Source: Monocercomonoides exilis PA203 (lineage: Eukaryota > Protista > Preaxostyla). From it: a stretch of DNA of 64,000 bases. Below the pieces are notes generated by a model, which worked only from the letters and a program-made list of their open reading frames with translations, searched no databases and was not told the DNA's origin. Positions 37,555 to 50,860 of this stretch are shown piece by piece; within the stretch, counting starts at the first letter, position 1; each line of letters starts with the position of its first letter. Where the stretch lies: contig LSRY02000006.1 of the NCBI GenBank assembly GCA_001643675.2, positions 744,001 to 808,000 of the forward strand, written 5' to 3'. Position numbers and translations under genes: made by a program.

Positions 37555-38557
37555 AAAGAACAATTTGAATAATTTCAACAATAACTTTGATTTATTGAAG
37601 AAATATTGTGCAGATATTCAATAAATGATTTTTTTATTGAAAAACAGAATTTAATTTGACATTTGCAAAAGTTTTTCTTCCTGTAATTCTTGAAAATTAA
37701 AGAATCGTTTCTTAAAGTAAAAATGTTGTTTTCTATCATCCTTCTCGAATAATTGATATAGGTGAATGATTTCTTAATGGGAACATCATTAATCATTAGT
37801 TTAAATAATTTATCTTTGTTTATCATTAAAGACAAAAAATGTAATAAATTGCATCATTTATTTTTTAATTTTTGTCTTTTTGGATTGATTGTTCTTTTGT
37901 TCAAAATGCATGAATAAAAAGACAAGAATGATAAAAATAAAAATTATTTTCTTCAATTAATTGAAATTCTATGTTTCTTATTTTTTGTTTTATTCGTTTT
38001 CTTTCTTCATTTCTTTTTAATATTTTGAACAGAAATTGGCATCTTGGATAAGCTTCTTCATCCCATGAAATTTCAACAATCATGGTCATACAGTTAACAT
38101 CCTTGTTTCCATTTCATAAATTGCAAAATTTTTAAAAAAAATAATGCTTCCATTTGTTTGTGCTGAATGCATTTTGAATGCTCAAAAAAGATTCAACTTG
38201 ATCATTAAATCGCAATCTTTTTCTCTCTAAACCGCATTCTCATCATCAAGCAAGCAAATGGAAACACCACATCTGGAGTGATTTATTTTTTGACGCACAT
38301 TTTGTCGAGAACAACTTTCGAACCAGCATCTATCATTCGCATTACTCTTTGCAGCATTCACCTTACCTTCTTTTCCAATTTCTTTTCCTTATTCCTTTTT
38401 GACTTTTAGCTTGAAATTTCTGAACATTGAATCAAAAAAAGGAAAAGTTTTTGATTGCAAATGAATGAAATGTGAAATTACAATTTTTCAACATCTCACC
38501 TTTCGTTGTGTTTCCTCATCACCCATCTTCACTCTCCACTTTTCTTTCTCACTCTTT

Positions 38558-41500
38558 TCAAAAACTCACAAAACTTGTCTCTGCATCTCCACTTTCTTTG
38601 CTCCCACGCTTCTCCGAAACAATTTCATAATCCACCGCATCTGACATCGTCAGCACCTGAGCCGATTCAGGGAATCGCTGGATGAACACTCGCTTCAAAT
38701 CTTTCAGCGAAGGTCTTCTGCTCACATGATTCGACAGGCAATTCTTAATGATCTCCACCAATGGTGTTTGCATCACACCATCCAACATTGGCCTCTCCCC
38801 ATTCACGATCTTCTGTCCAGCCACCTCTGCCTCATACTCCCCAAACGGGATCTTCAGTGTCAAACATTCCCACAGCATCATCCCGATCGAGAATGAAACC
38901 GATTCCTTTGTTGCTCCCATCTTCTTGTTCATCAGCAGCTCAGGTGCCTTCCACCTCAAGCACTCTTTTTTGAAACTATCTTCATCCTCAAAGGCTGACG
39001 AGGGCAGAGAGTCACTTTCATCATCATCATCACTTGCAGATGTCACAACAGTCGATAAAGAGATGGATGATGAATCTGAACTATCATCGGATGAAAGCAA
39101 ATCAGAGTGCATGACAATGCATATCACCATATGTTCTGAGAACAGAACAATGTGCGGACTCAGATTGGCAAGAGAAGAGAGCGGATTGTCCATTTCATCA
39201 AACGAGTGAAGCGCAAGATTCGCCACCCAGAACAGGATCTGAGCAGCTGTCTGCTCCCTTTCCTGCAAAGTGCCAATCACCATCTCTTTCTTCTCATTCC
39301 TCCCATGAAGCAACATGAACAGCGAATCCCTCAGATCCACAATCAATTTCTCATGAGGAGAAGAGCACGCCATTGCATCCACCAGATTCGACATGGATGA
39401 AGTGGTTGGGCACAGATCCTCTCCTCGAACAAATGTTGAATCTGAATCAGTTGTTGAAGTGGATGAAATGGATGGTGAAGGAGATCTCTTTCTTTTCTCT
39501 TCCTTTTCGTCAACCTTTTCCAGCATCCATTCTGGAATCTTGTCTGAATCCCTTCCCAGAATGTATTCAGTTGAGCCGCTTTCAGATAGAAGATGCTCTG
39601 ATGATTCAGAATGCTGCATATTCGTATCATATATTCTTTTTTTCATCCTTTCCACATTTTTCTTTTCAGCTTCCCTCTCAGCTCTCCTCCACTGCTCCTC
39701 AGGCGATATCTCCATCGTCACCATCTCAAACGCCTTCGGATCCTTCTTCACTGTATCTTCCACAATTATCTCCAATTCTTCTGTTCTTCTCTTTTGCTTC
39801 CTCCATCGAACAATGAATATCACAAGTGATATTAGAATTATCAAAAGAACAAAGGCCATAATAATCACAATGATTGGCCAAATCGATTTCCCTTCTTTTC
39901 CTCCTTCAGCAATCCTTTCATCTCCCTTCGATTCAACCTCGCTCCTGTTCTTCAGAATGAATGACTCAGTTACCGAGGGAGAATGGCCATCTCCAAACAA
40001 GATGCACACCCTCACTTCTGCACTCGCCTCTGCTCCCCTCACCATCTCCAACCCAGTTGTGCCATGCACTTCCTCTTCACTCACAAACCCAGACTCACTT
40101 ATCTCGTGTGTCTCCACCTGCTCCACATCCCCCACCGACGAAACAACCCGAAACGACAGGTTGCATGGCAGAAGAAGTGTGCCTCTGAACACAACATCCA
40201 GCACCCCTTCCTTCTCCTCTGTCTCCACCCATCGCAGTGTGGGGATGAACAATGGCGATGCTCGCTCCTCAACAATCCCCTTCAAAGTGCATCCATCATT
40301 CAGAATCCACATCGATGAATCATCTTTCACTCCGTCTCCTCCCTTCAAGCTCATGATATTCAGCTGAGCAGAATCCGAGCACAATATGTTTCTCCGAGCT
40401 GAGGGATATTTTCCAATCGATGGGTTGTTATTCGCAAACTCTCCTTTCTCAATCACCACTTTCCCTCCACTCACTGACAATCCCCCTTTCTTGCTGTTTC
40501 TCATCGAAGTCACTTTCATCTCCACTTCACTCTTCTCAAAGTCAACCATTGAGCTATTCCATTTGCATATCTCCTCTCTTCTTTCTCCTTCATTCTGTTC
40601 ATTTCTTGTTCTCTCTTCATTCTCTTCTTCTTCTCCATCAAACTCACAACAATCAACATTCACACACTCACATTTGCACACGCTCACCATCCATCCTCTC
40701 CCTTCTTTTCCCAAACACATCCTCATAGAGCAATTCATCAAATCCACTCTTTCTGCACAATCAACGATCTTCACAATGCACCCTCTGTTCTGTCTGGTGA
40801 TGTTGCTCATCGACATCTCCTTCGCCTCCACCCTTGCTTTCTTCGCATCAACAATCTCTCCATCCTCGCTCTCGATATCGCTCATCCTCAGCTGATATAT
40901 CGCAGCCTTGCTCCCTTCACAGACTGACAATACCTGTCGTGAAGTGGAAACACAGCTGACAACACATTTCTCCACCTCCAGCTCTCCACCCTCCACTTCC
41001 ACAATTGTGCTGTTCAAAAGCATCATCATTCCAACACTCTTCCACCAACACTCACTCACCCCCAATGTTCCATTCTTCACTTTCACAATGCATGAATGCT
41101 CTGATTCAAAACTCAACTCAAACAAGAATTCACATTTCTCCACAGCACTCTCATTCACAAACACAACCACACTCCCTTCATCCCCCACAGCCTCCATCTT
41201 TCCATCAAGATGGATTGTCGATTGAGTCTTCTTCAGACTCTTCACATTCATATCCCCAATCACACACTCTCCACCAATCACCCCTTCCCCATCAATCCAA
41301 ATGGAATTCCCCACTCCTCTTTGAATGTGCTTCACAGCACTGCCAATGCTCAGGCAAGGATTGTTCTGTGCCCCACATTGTCTGTCATCTCTTCCACCTG
41401 CAGAGACAAACACCTGCTGGCCGTAATAGAATGTGATCAGAGGGATCAGATCAGCATCATCCCTTTCCTTGTCTGACCCACAGATGGAGTTGGAGGATTT

Positions 41501-44500
41501 CAGGGCATCCTGGCTGAGATCCAGCACAAACAATGTCTCATTGATCTGTTTGGCAATCGACTCGCATCTGATAAACACATCCTTCCCCACAAATGCCTCG
41601 TTGCCCCAAAACCTCACATTCTCCATCCTTATCCCAACAGGTCCAAATCCACTGGTTCCACCCTCATTCGGGTCAAGTGCATCAATCATCACCCCTCCTC
41701 CTCTTCCCTTCACTCCCGAGCACGAACACATCCCCAACGAGCATCCAACAACTCTCACTTCTGATTCTCCTCTCTTCAGACACACTTTCATCCCTCCTCC
41801 TTCCTCGCTCATTTCACTCCTGCAACTCGAAACCGAACACCCCTCCAACACACACTCCATCGCACTCTCAAATGAATCCGCACTCAACACCCCTGCTCTG
41901 TTTTCTCCATTTGCGATGTTTGTAAACGAAGACCCATTCACTTTTATCACCACTTTTTCGTTGTTTGAATGCCTGTTTTCTCCCATGTTTATCCCTCTTT
42001 TGGCTTTCATCCCATTCGTCTGCTCATCCCCAAACATCGATATCAGACTTCTCTCTTTCACCCCAACATTCGTGATATTCACATCCTCCACAATCATCTC
42101 CCTTGTTGCTGCTGCACTGAAAGCGATGAACCCTTTCAATTTGTCAACCGCATCCAACGAACATCCTTGAACAATAACTCTGCCTCCATTCACTTTCATC
42201 ACACAAAACCTTGCATCTCCCATTCCATTTAATGAGCCAAATAAGCAATCCACAACAGACAAACAGATGTTTGCTCCTGATGATTCAATCAATATCTCCT
42301 GATGACTGTTTGGATTGGTATTTGAGAATGACAAATTTACCAGTGTCAGACTCACACCAGATGATATTAATGGACTGCCATTTGCATCATTCTCATCATC
42401 ATCATTGCTTGTTATCACTGCTGTGCCTTTCGATGTTCCTTCAATCACCACTTTTTGTGCCTCTGAATCTGGTGAAGTTGGCGATGAAGAAGAAGAAAAT
42501 GATATGAAATGACTCAGAAACCCTGATCCCACAATGCTGATGTGGGATTCACCTTCATCAAGTGGTTCATATCTCAGTGATATCAAGTGGTCAATCGATG
42601 AACATGGTGCTTCAGAAAACCCACATCCACTGAAGTCTCCTCCTCCATCTTTCGAAACAAATCCATTCCCACTCCAATTTGACCATAAATACACAGCCAG
42701 CGGAATCACATATCCCTCCTCTCTTGTTGTCTTCCTCTCCCATCCACACAGCTCATCCAATGATCCCAACTCCCCTTCACTCATCTCCCATTTGAAGTGC
42801 TCCTTGTTCACAATCTTGCTCAGTTCCCATCCTGAAACAAACATGTTCTTCCCTTTCCAGGCATTGCATCCTTCAAATGTCATTCCTTCAAGCACAAATA
42901 TTCCCATTTGAGCAGGCAGTTCAGCGAATATCCCCCCTCCAATTCCTCTTCCATCCTCAACATCCTCTGATGGAACTTCACATTCAGACAAATTCACATT
43001 TTTCATTTCCAAACTTCCTTCACTTCCAATTGATATCATCATTCCTCCTCCTTTCATCCCACTTCCACCTGAGCAGATCGAGGACAAATTGCTTTCTTCA
43101 ATATTCACGCATCCACCTTCTTTCATCCCAACATTCAAACATCCCCCATCTTCTCCTATCACTTCCACTCCAATCACTCTGCAATTCAAAATCTCCAATT
43201 TCACTCCACTTGTCATTGATATTGGCGATTTCCCATTCATTCTCACTCCCCCTTCCATCACAAGTCCATCAGCAATCAGATTCCCTCCCTCAATGTTTAT
43301 CACATTATATCCTATCTTTCCATTGGCCAATGCCCCGCTCTCAAATGAGACTGAACAGTTCGTCACACTGAGTGTTGATGTTGAATGAATGAATGCACTT
43401 CTCCTTGCTTTCAACTGACTTTTCACAACAAATGAAAGTCGGCTCATTGTCAGTGAATTCGAACATCCAACAAGCCATTCTTGTGTGGCTGATCCTCCAT
43501 CACTCACATTAACTTGCATCCTCTCTTCATCGGATGACACTGTTCTGCCTGAAATACTCACATCAAATAAAGAAAATTCAATTTCATCCCTTATTGATGA
43601 AGATGAAGCCACCTCAATTTCTTTCAAAGTGCTGCTCATTCTTGAGTTCGCACAATAATCGACTGTCAAACACCTGAATGCCTCAAATCCACAATGACTG
43701 TGGTCCATCCCATTTCCTCCACTCCCATCAACAATCACCTTTGTTCCCATTGTGCACAAATACACAAACAGTGGAATCACTCCACTTTCATCCCCATTTT
43801 CACTCCCACTCAATTTCAACACATCTGATGGAATTGTCAGCGGAGTGAAAAATGCAAATGAACTGGTATTCACTTTTGACTCCAAAAACACTCCACTCCC
43901 ACAATGAACAAACACATCCTTCCCATATATTGCCACATTCCCATTCATTTTCGAAAACTTCACATTCTGCCCAATTGTCAATCCACATCCCCCACTCTCC
44001 ATCAATACAAACATCCCTCCTCCTCTCCCTCCATTCCCTCCATTATTCTCTGCCTTATTCCCATCAATCACACTCGTTCCACTCACAACCACTTTCCCAT
44101 TTCCCTTCAATCCAACATATGTTCCTCCTCCCTTTCCACCAGCACAACTGCACCCATTCACATTGCATCCATCAACTGTCAACGTTCCACTCCCTCCAAC
44201 TGTTCCTTTCATCCATCCTCCATCTCCCTCATTCCTTTTGACTCCACTGATATTGCATCCTGAGCACATCACGCTCGTCATCCCTTCAGAAAATTCAATG
44301 GCTGAGTGATCATTGAATATCAGCCCTTCTTCAATCACAAATCGTTCCATTTTCAGACTCCCACTCTGTGCATTCACAATGCAATATCCAAAGGCCACAC
44401 TCGATGTGCTCTCTGACAAATGAGCAACTGAACAGTCTGTGAGTGTGAGTGATGAGCTGGTCAAACCAATGAGTGATGTTGCACCAGAAAGTTGATGTGG

Positions 44501-47391
44501 AATTTGGAACGCAATGTTCACAATGGAACTAACACTCTCCACATTTATCAAATACAAAGATGTCATGCTGCTTGGTGCTTTCACATTCACATTAGTCTTG
44601 TTAATCCCACAATACACCTCCCATTCAGATGATCCTGCCATCGAAATAACTTCTGTCAACTCAAATCCATCATTCACGATAATCTTCCGTTTGCTGTTTC
44701 TAAATCTCAATTCAACTATCTTCCCCAATGTTGAGCAGGGATGCGATGAAAATCCACATCCACTGAAATCAAAACTCCTCTCTCCACCAACATACCCTTC
44801 TTCTGGAAATGGAACGGTGAAATACACCCTCAGCGGAATTTCATAATCTCGTTTTCCCCCTTCATACCCCATCACCTCTCTGTCTCTCTCCTCTTCAATC
44901 AATATCTCAAATTTCATGTGTTCCATGTTTGCTACTACACTCAAATCCTCTGCATCCATAAATAAATTCTTTCCTGCCCACCCTCCACATTCTGAAAACA
45001 CAATATCCTGAAGAATAAAATCACTCGCTCTTTCATTCAAAAGAAGATACATCCACCCACCGCATCCTCTCCACTGTTGCTCTGAAGGAACTTCACACAT
45101 GGTTGCATGGACAACTGACTCGTTCCCAATTCTCACCTGTCCACCTTCTTTCAAAGTCACGTGCATGGCTCCTCCATTTCCTCTCGCGCATTTGCATCTT
45201 TCAAATCGTATTCCGTTCAATTCAAGTTTTTCTCCGTTTTCCACCACCTTTGAAATAACTGCGCCATCTCCAGCATTTCTAATTATTGATTCAAATGAAC
45301 AGTTTTCCATCTCAAACTCTGATGGATCTCTAAAATCCAACAGCGGGCAATTCAACTGCTCGATTGAACTGAATGTCACTTTTGCAAATCTTGCAGTCCC
45401 ACTTTGCAAAGAAATCAAACTGTTTTCAAGTCGAGAATTCTGATTTTCATCACAAGTGACCAACAAACTCTCAAATTCTGCAGATCCCCCATCAATCCAC
45501 AGCAAAATAGAGCTCTCTCCGCTGTCAGATAAGCCATGAATAAGTGTTATATCGCTGACCTTCAGCGTTTGTTCTGCAACAAAAAACAGAGCTCCATTTT
45601 CGCTTTTTCCTTTCCAACTCAAGCGCGTTTCTGTCATTACAGCACCCTTCAATTCCAGATTGGTTTCAAATGCTATTTCTGATTCTGTGTAATTGCCTCT
45701 TTGCACAAGCAAAACCTCAGTTGATGTTCGCCTTCTCAAACCAAATGATATTGTTTGGCATCCGTGCGCATGATGCCCACATCCCTCAACATCTGTTCCT
45801 CTGAATGATATACAAATAGGATCCATGCTAGAAGGTGGATTTGGAAGCCAATCGTTGCATCGGACATCATTAACACTAACGCGATTTCCCTCTGAAACTG
45901 AGAAACACATAATTATCTTCTCTTTCATTACAAACGTGCTCCAATTTTGCCAAACAATGATATCAACTCCAGCAGACCCAGCGTTATTTATAAAATAACA
46001 AAATGAGATGGAAACATTTTCAGCTGTTATTGCTCCATAATAAAATAACACTGCCCCTCCCATTCCTTTGCTATGACAAGAATCAAAGAGACAGTCAGAT
46101 ACAGCAGGCGCGCTGCTGCTATTATCAAATGCAAGTGCAGATCCATGCTGTAAACAAGAGCAAAGTTTAAATTTAAGATTTGAAATTAAAGTTCCATCAA
46201 TTCTCATTTGCATATAAAAATCCAACGCACCATAATACATTGATGAACAACTTTCAAATAATGAATCTCTAATTGTGATTTTTTCATATCCATTATAAAA
46301 CAAACTCCCAGCCATCCGATATGATGAACAGTTCATGAATTGACAAAATGCTACTTCATGAATTCCATTTCCGGAAATACTTATGGCACCACCAGAAGGC
46401 TCAGAGGTTTCTCGAATAACTGAGCATTCGCAAAACGTGCATCGTGCAATTGAAGAGCTTGATGTTCCAGAAAAGCTAAGGCAACCTCCACTTGCATCTG
46501 TTGATTTTACAGAAACAAAAGAAGTATCAGAAATTTCAATCAATCCAGTGGAAAATTCATTTCGTTTTGATGGATCAATGATTGTATTTGAGCAACTGCT
46601 GATAGATGTGTTGATCATCTTCAAACTAGTTCTTGCTTGACTAACGAGCGTTCCGTAATGTGGGCAATCGACTCGTTCGACTGCTGAATCTGAAAATGAG
46701 CATCTCTGCCATTCTTTGCTTGTGCTTTGAACGCCAAAAGTTCCTTTGCTAGAAATGTTTCGGAATGAACATAGAGAAACAGAAGCAAGCCCAACTCGTC
46801 CATCGCAGAGTAATGATGAACCAGCTTCAACCATCTTATCTGCAATATTGCATTCCTCAAAAAAGAATGATGGTAAATCGTCTGTGCTAATTAGCGCAGC
46901 TGTTCTCGAAGTGCAGCTCTGTTTTGAATTCTCGATCGTGATGTTTTTCATGCAGACATTGCTCCTGCTACACCACACCTCGCAAACATTTCCCGTTTCG
47001 GCCTCTATTGAACAGCATTGCAACTCCATCGAAGAACTTTCCAGAATATCAAAAATTCTCCCTTTTATGTTGAAAATACCAAAATTCTTCATCGAAACAG
47101 AAGAATTCAGAAAAGACACATGCCACTTCACCTGGCTTCTTTTCGTCTGTAGATTTCCTGCCACCTCGTTTGAAAAAGATTTTTCACTTTCTGTTTCCTC
47201 TTGCAGACAGCAAAGAAGCATTTCTTTTCTTATGTTCACTTGGAGCGAATTATCATTAAGTTCATCATGCTTGTTTGGTTCATCGCTATCTTTATCTTTA
47301 TTTCTACATTCCAGCATTGATTCATCCATAAGCAACAGCAAAAACAATATCATCATGTTGCCCTTCGCAATTTGAATATTCCTTCCACCCA
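38558..47391 (-). CDS. Giant (~2940 aa) intronless single-pass receptor: modular Cys/Gly-rich beta-helix-like ectodomain, TM helix and pseudokinase
   Basis: Signal-like MMILFLLLL; Pmp-like GGA(I/M) and F..C/N repeats; five D...CG....(P)C.(S/T) motifs; TM IWPIIVIIMAFVLLIILISLVIFIV; kinase C-lobe motifs RWKAPE and SIGMMLWECLT. Start at 47391 or the following MM. Confidence 0.88.
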
Positions 47392-48340
47392 TATTTAAAT
47401 AAACACCTTCATTTATCCTGTGTGTTTCATAATGCCTAAATAAGATTTTCGCTTTTTTTGCTTTCTCTCTTTCTCTTTCATGCTCTCTGTAAATCTGTAT
47501 CCTCACGCAAATGTGCGTGGACTTGAATATTTCCGGCTTTTCTTTGCATTTCTTTTCTTCAGTCCTTCGGAATGTTTCAGATTTTGGCTTTCATTGAAGT
47601 GCCTACATATTTTCTCAAGGAATGATTCTTCAACACTTGTTCCAGGATAATCCAGCTGTTATTGAGTATTTTTAATTTTTTTTTTTTTGTTCTGTGCGCC
47701 CTTGTTGGATTATATCTCGTTAAGTGACAGAAGTGGATAAAACATGAGAAAGGCTAACTTTGAAACTGGATAGCCACAGATTCAGAAATCGGTTCTCATC
47801 TCTTGCTTAACTCACTTTCTAAAACTATCAAAATACCAGACGGAAAAAGAGTTATGCTCACAAAAGAACATAAATATTCTGTTCAAGTAATTGCACATTT
47901 CGTGGGGAGCTAAAACAATAAAATAATCAGAAAAACAAGAAAGAAAGACAATGAAAATGAAGATAAAAATTATGTAAAATATAATAATTAATGTTTGTTC
48001 CAATCTTATGAATGAAGATGGAAAGGTATTTAAAATTCACACATAAATAGAATTGCTCATTGATAAAACACTTCTCAAGTTTCACAGATAAAAATTTCAA
48101 AATCAAAGGTCAAAACATAAATATTAATGAACTTTCAAGAACAAATAATTGAATTTTGCTGGAAAGGAAGAAAATATAATGTGAAAGAAAGAACAGCGAA
48201 CTTTGTTTAATGCTCACACCTCAGCAAATTTCTCATCTTTCAGTTCCTCTTTCCCTGGTTTCTTTCTCACTTTCTCACCCAAAGCGCATTTATTTGTTTG
48301 ATGCTTCTCTGTAAGCTTTTGTGACTCATGTTCATTAATA

Positions 48341-49350
48341 GGGTGCATATTTTATCTTGACCTCAAAATTTTATCTCGACCCTGTTTTTTTGAAACTTAT
48401 TTTTGCTTTTTTGATTTGTGAAAAGGCTTAAAACAAAAACAAAATAAATAGAATTCTTGATATTTTTGTTTTTCAGAATTCTGTTAAAAAATTTTTTTGA
48501 TATTTTTATGTTCAAAAAAATATTTAAATTTTTAATATTTTAGGACCCAGATCAAAGACTTGCTGGCCGTGAAGCGAATATTTCATAATGAACGTTTTAA
48601 GCCACAGCATCACAATTCTACATTCCTATATTATTATTTTAACCTGTTTTTGACTTTTTCAATTAAATTTTTAACCTTTTTTTCTCATTTCACTGTTTTT
48701 GCTTAAAACACGATTTTCGGAACAAATATGAATTTGTGTAAATTTTTAATCACATGAAAAATAAAAATAAGGTGTTATTGATTGTGTATTTTTGTTTAAT
48801 TTTGAAATGAAAAAGAATTGAACAAGAATTTGAAGCGAAATGGCAGAACATATAAAAATTTTGATCTGAAAATTGTTCGTCATATCCAAATATTTTAATG
48901 TTTTTTCTTTGAGATATCATTTCATTTCAAATTTGTTTTTATTTCATTTCATTAAATTTTAAAACAAATGGATGCATGTCTTTGAAATCGTGTTTTTTAA
49001 AAAAATGTATGAAATGAGAAAATGTGTTAAAAAAATAAGTTGAGAAAGTTATAAACAAGTTTAACTTATAAAAAAGAAACAATGTATTATGATATGAAAG
49101 CTGAAAACTTCTTATAAAAAATATTCGCTGGAATAGCAGCAAGTCAATGATCAAAACATAAAATTATTATAATCCTCGATCTTTTTGTGAAACATGAAAT
49201 ATTGAAAAAAAAATACAGAATAAGGAAAATAAAACATTTCAAACATTTCTGGTTATTTTTTATTTATCGCAGGCTTGTGCATAGCTGCTGACAAGGCAAA
49301 AAAGAAAAAGGTCTAGATAAAGAAAAAAGGTCAAGATAAAATTATAGCCC
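48341..49350. mobile_element. Non-autonomous TIR element (GGG...CCC ends, TA flanks)
   Basis: Left end TA|GGGTGCATATTTTATCTTGACCTCAAAATTTTATCTCGACC; reverse complement of right end TA|GGGCTATAATTTTATCTTGACCTTTTTTCTTTATCTAGACC. Each end has two TTTATCTnGACC repeats. Confidence 0.75.
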
Positions 49351-50860
49351 TATTTCAGAAGTTGAACGTTTTCCACATTTAAAGTGTATAAAGGCGGTTC
49401 ATTTTTCATTTCTAAAAGCCCCTTGTCATTTTTCCGCAAGCTTCTCCATGTTTGAAGCGTTGTTTGATGCCTCTTGTCGAGCGTTTGAATCAATTATAAA
49501 TTGGATTCAATTTTTTTTTTTCTCTTCTTCGTCTTCGTCTTCGTCTTCTATCGTTAAAATATTTTGTCCATGTATTGTATTCACTTTTCAAGTATAATGC
49601 CTCTTCTTTATGGAGCTTAGACTCTCTTCAGAAAGTCCAATATCCATCTTTCGGATTTGTTACACGAAAATATCTCGTTCAAAAATAATTTGCCTTTTGA
49701 AATTGGAAATCTTTTATAGACGATTCAAATCAAAGAAAATAAATGTAATCATGTTGTAAGCATATAAATGATGAGCATTATTATCTCCATGATTCGAACA
49801 AATCATGTGAAAAATTCAATTTCTCAAAATTTTCGTTGTCAAAAGCAAATCCATTGATTTTAAAATCTCTATAACAAGCAAAAACTAAAAAATTGTTTAT
49901 GTAATGATAGAAATACAAATATATACTTTATGCAAAACACATTTCAGGTTTTTTAAATAAAAGCAAATTGCCTTTCATATTTCATTTTCTGCAAAATTAA
50001 ATTTTCATGTCTGAAACTTGAGATTTCATTTTAGCTTAAAATCGCGAATTTATCTCTGAAATCAATTCTTTCAAGCAAAAATCGCTTTCCAAAAAAAAAA
50101 GAACAATTTTTGAAAAATTAATGGGAAAGCGTTTTTAATGATACAGAATTCTTTCGTTTATGAAAATTTTAATGATTTGTTCCAAACTTTTTTTGCAATC
50201 GTATGATTATTATTCAAACACAATCGTGCAATATAAGATACAAAAATATTCAAAATTGATAAAAAATCTTTGAAAGAACTATGTGGAACAAAATTCAAAA
50301 AATATAAAATTATTTTGAATTATACTAAAAAAAAATTTTTTTCATATCTTTTTCTTTTTCTTTTTTTATTTGTTGTTGTTGTTTTGAATAGTTCGTTTTG
50401 AAGTTTCTTATTTTGTGAATAAAATATTAGAACCGATTTTGAAAAAAAAACAAGCATAGATAAAAGATACGATAAAAGCGATAATTAAAAAAAACGTAAT
50501 TTTCATAAAAAAGAGATTCTTTTTTTTTTCGTTTTGATGACATAAAAATGAATTTTCACTTGTAACGATATTGTGAGAAAAACTGATGAAATTATCAATC
50601 AAAAACATATTCTTTTTTGCGAACTTTTCTAATTTACGATAAATTTCAAAACTGATTGGAGTTCCTGATAAAATGAAGAATAAAAATCAGAAATTGGCAA
50701 ATACTATATGGATTCTAAAATTTTGGTTTTTTTTTAAAGGAGTAAGAAACATAATAACTTTTTTTAATAAACCACAATTACAACAATAGATAGAAAATAA
50801 TTCTAAGATAGTTCTTAAGAATCGTTTGAAAAAAAAATCAAAAAACAATTCAAAATAGCT

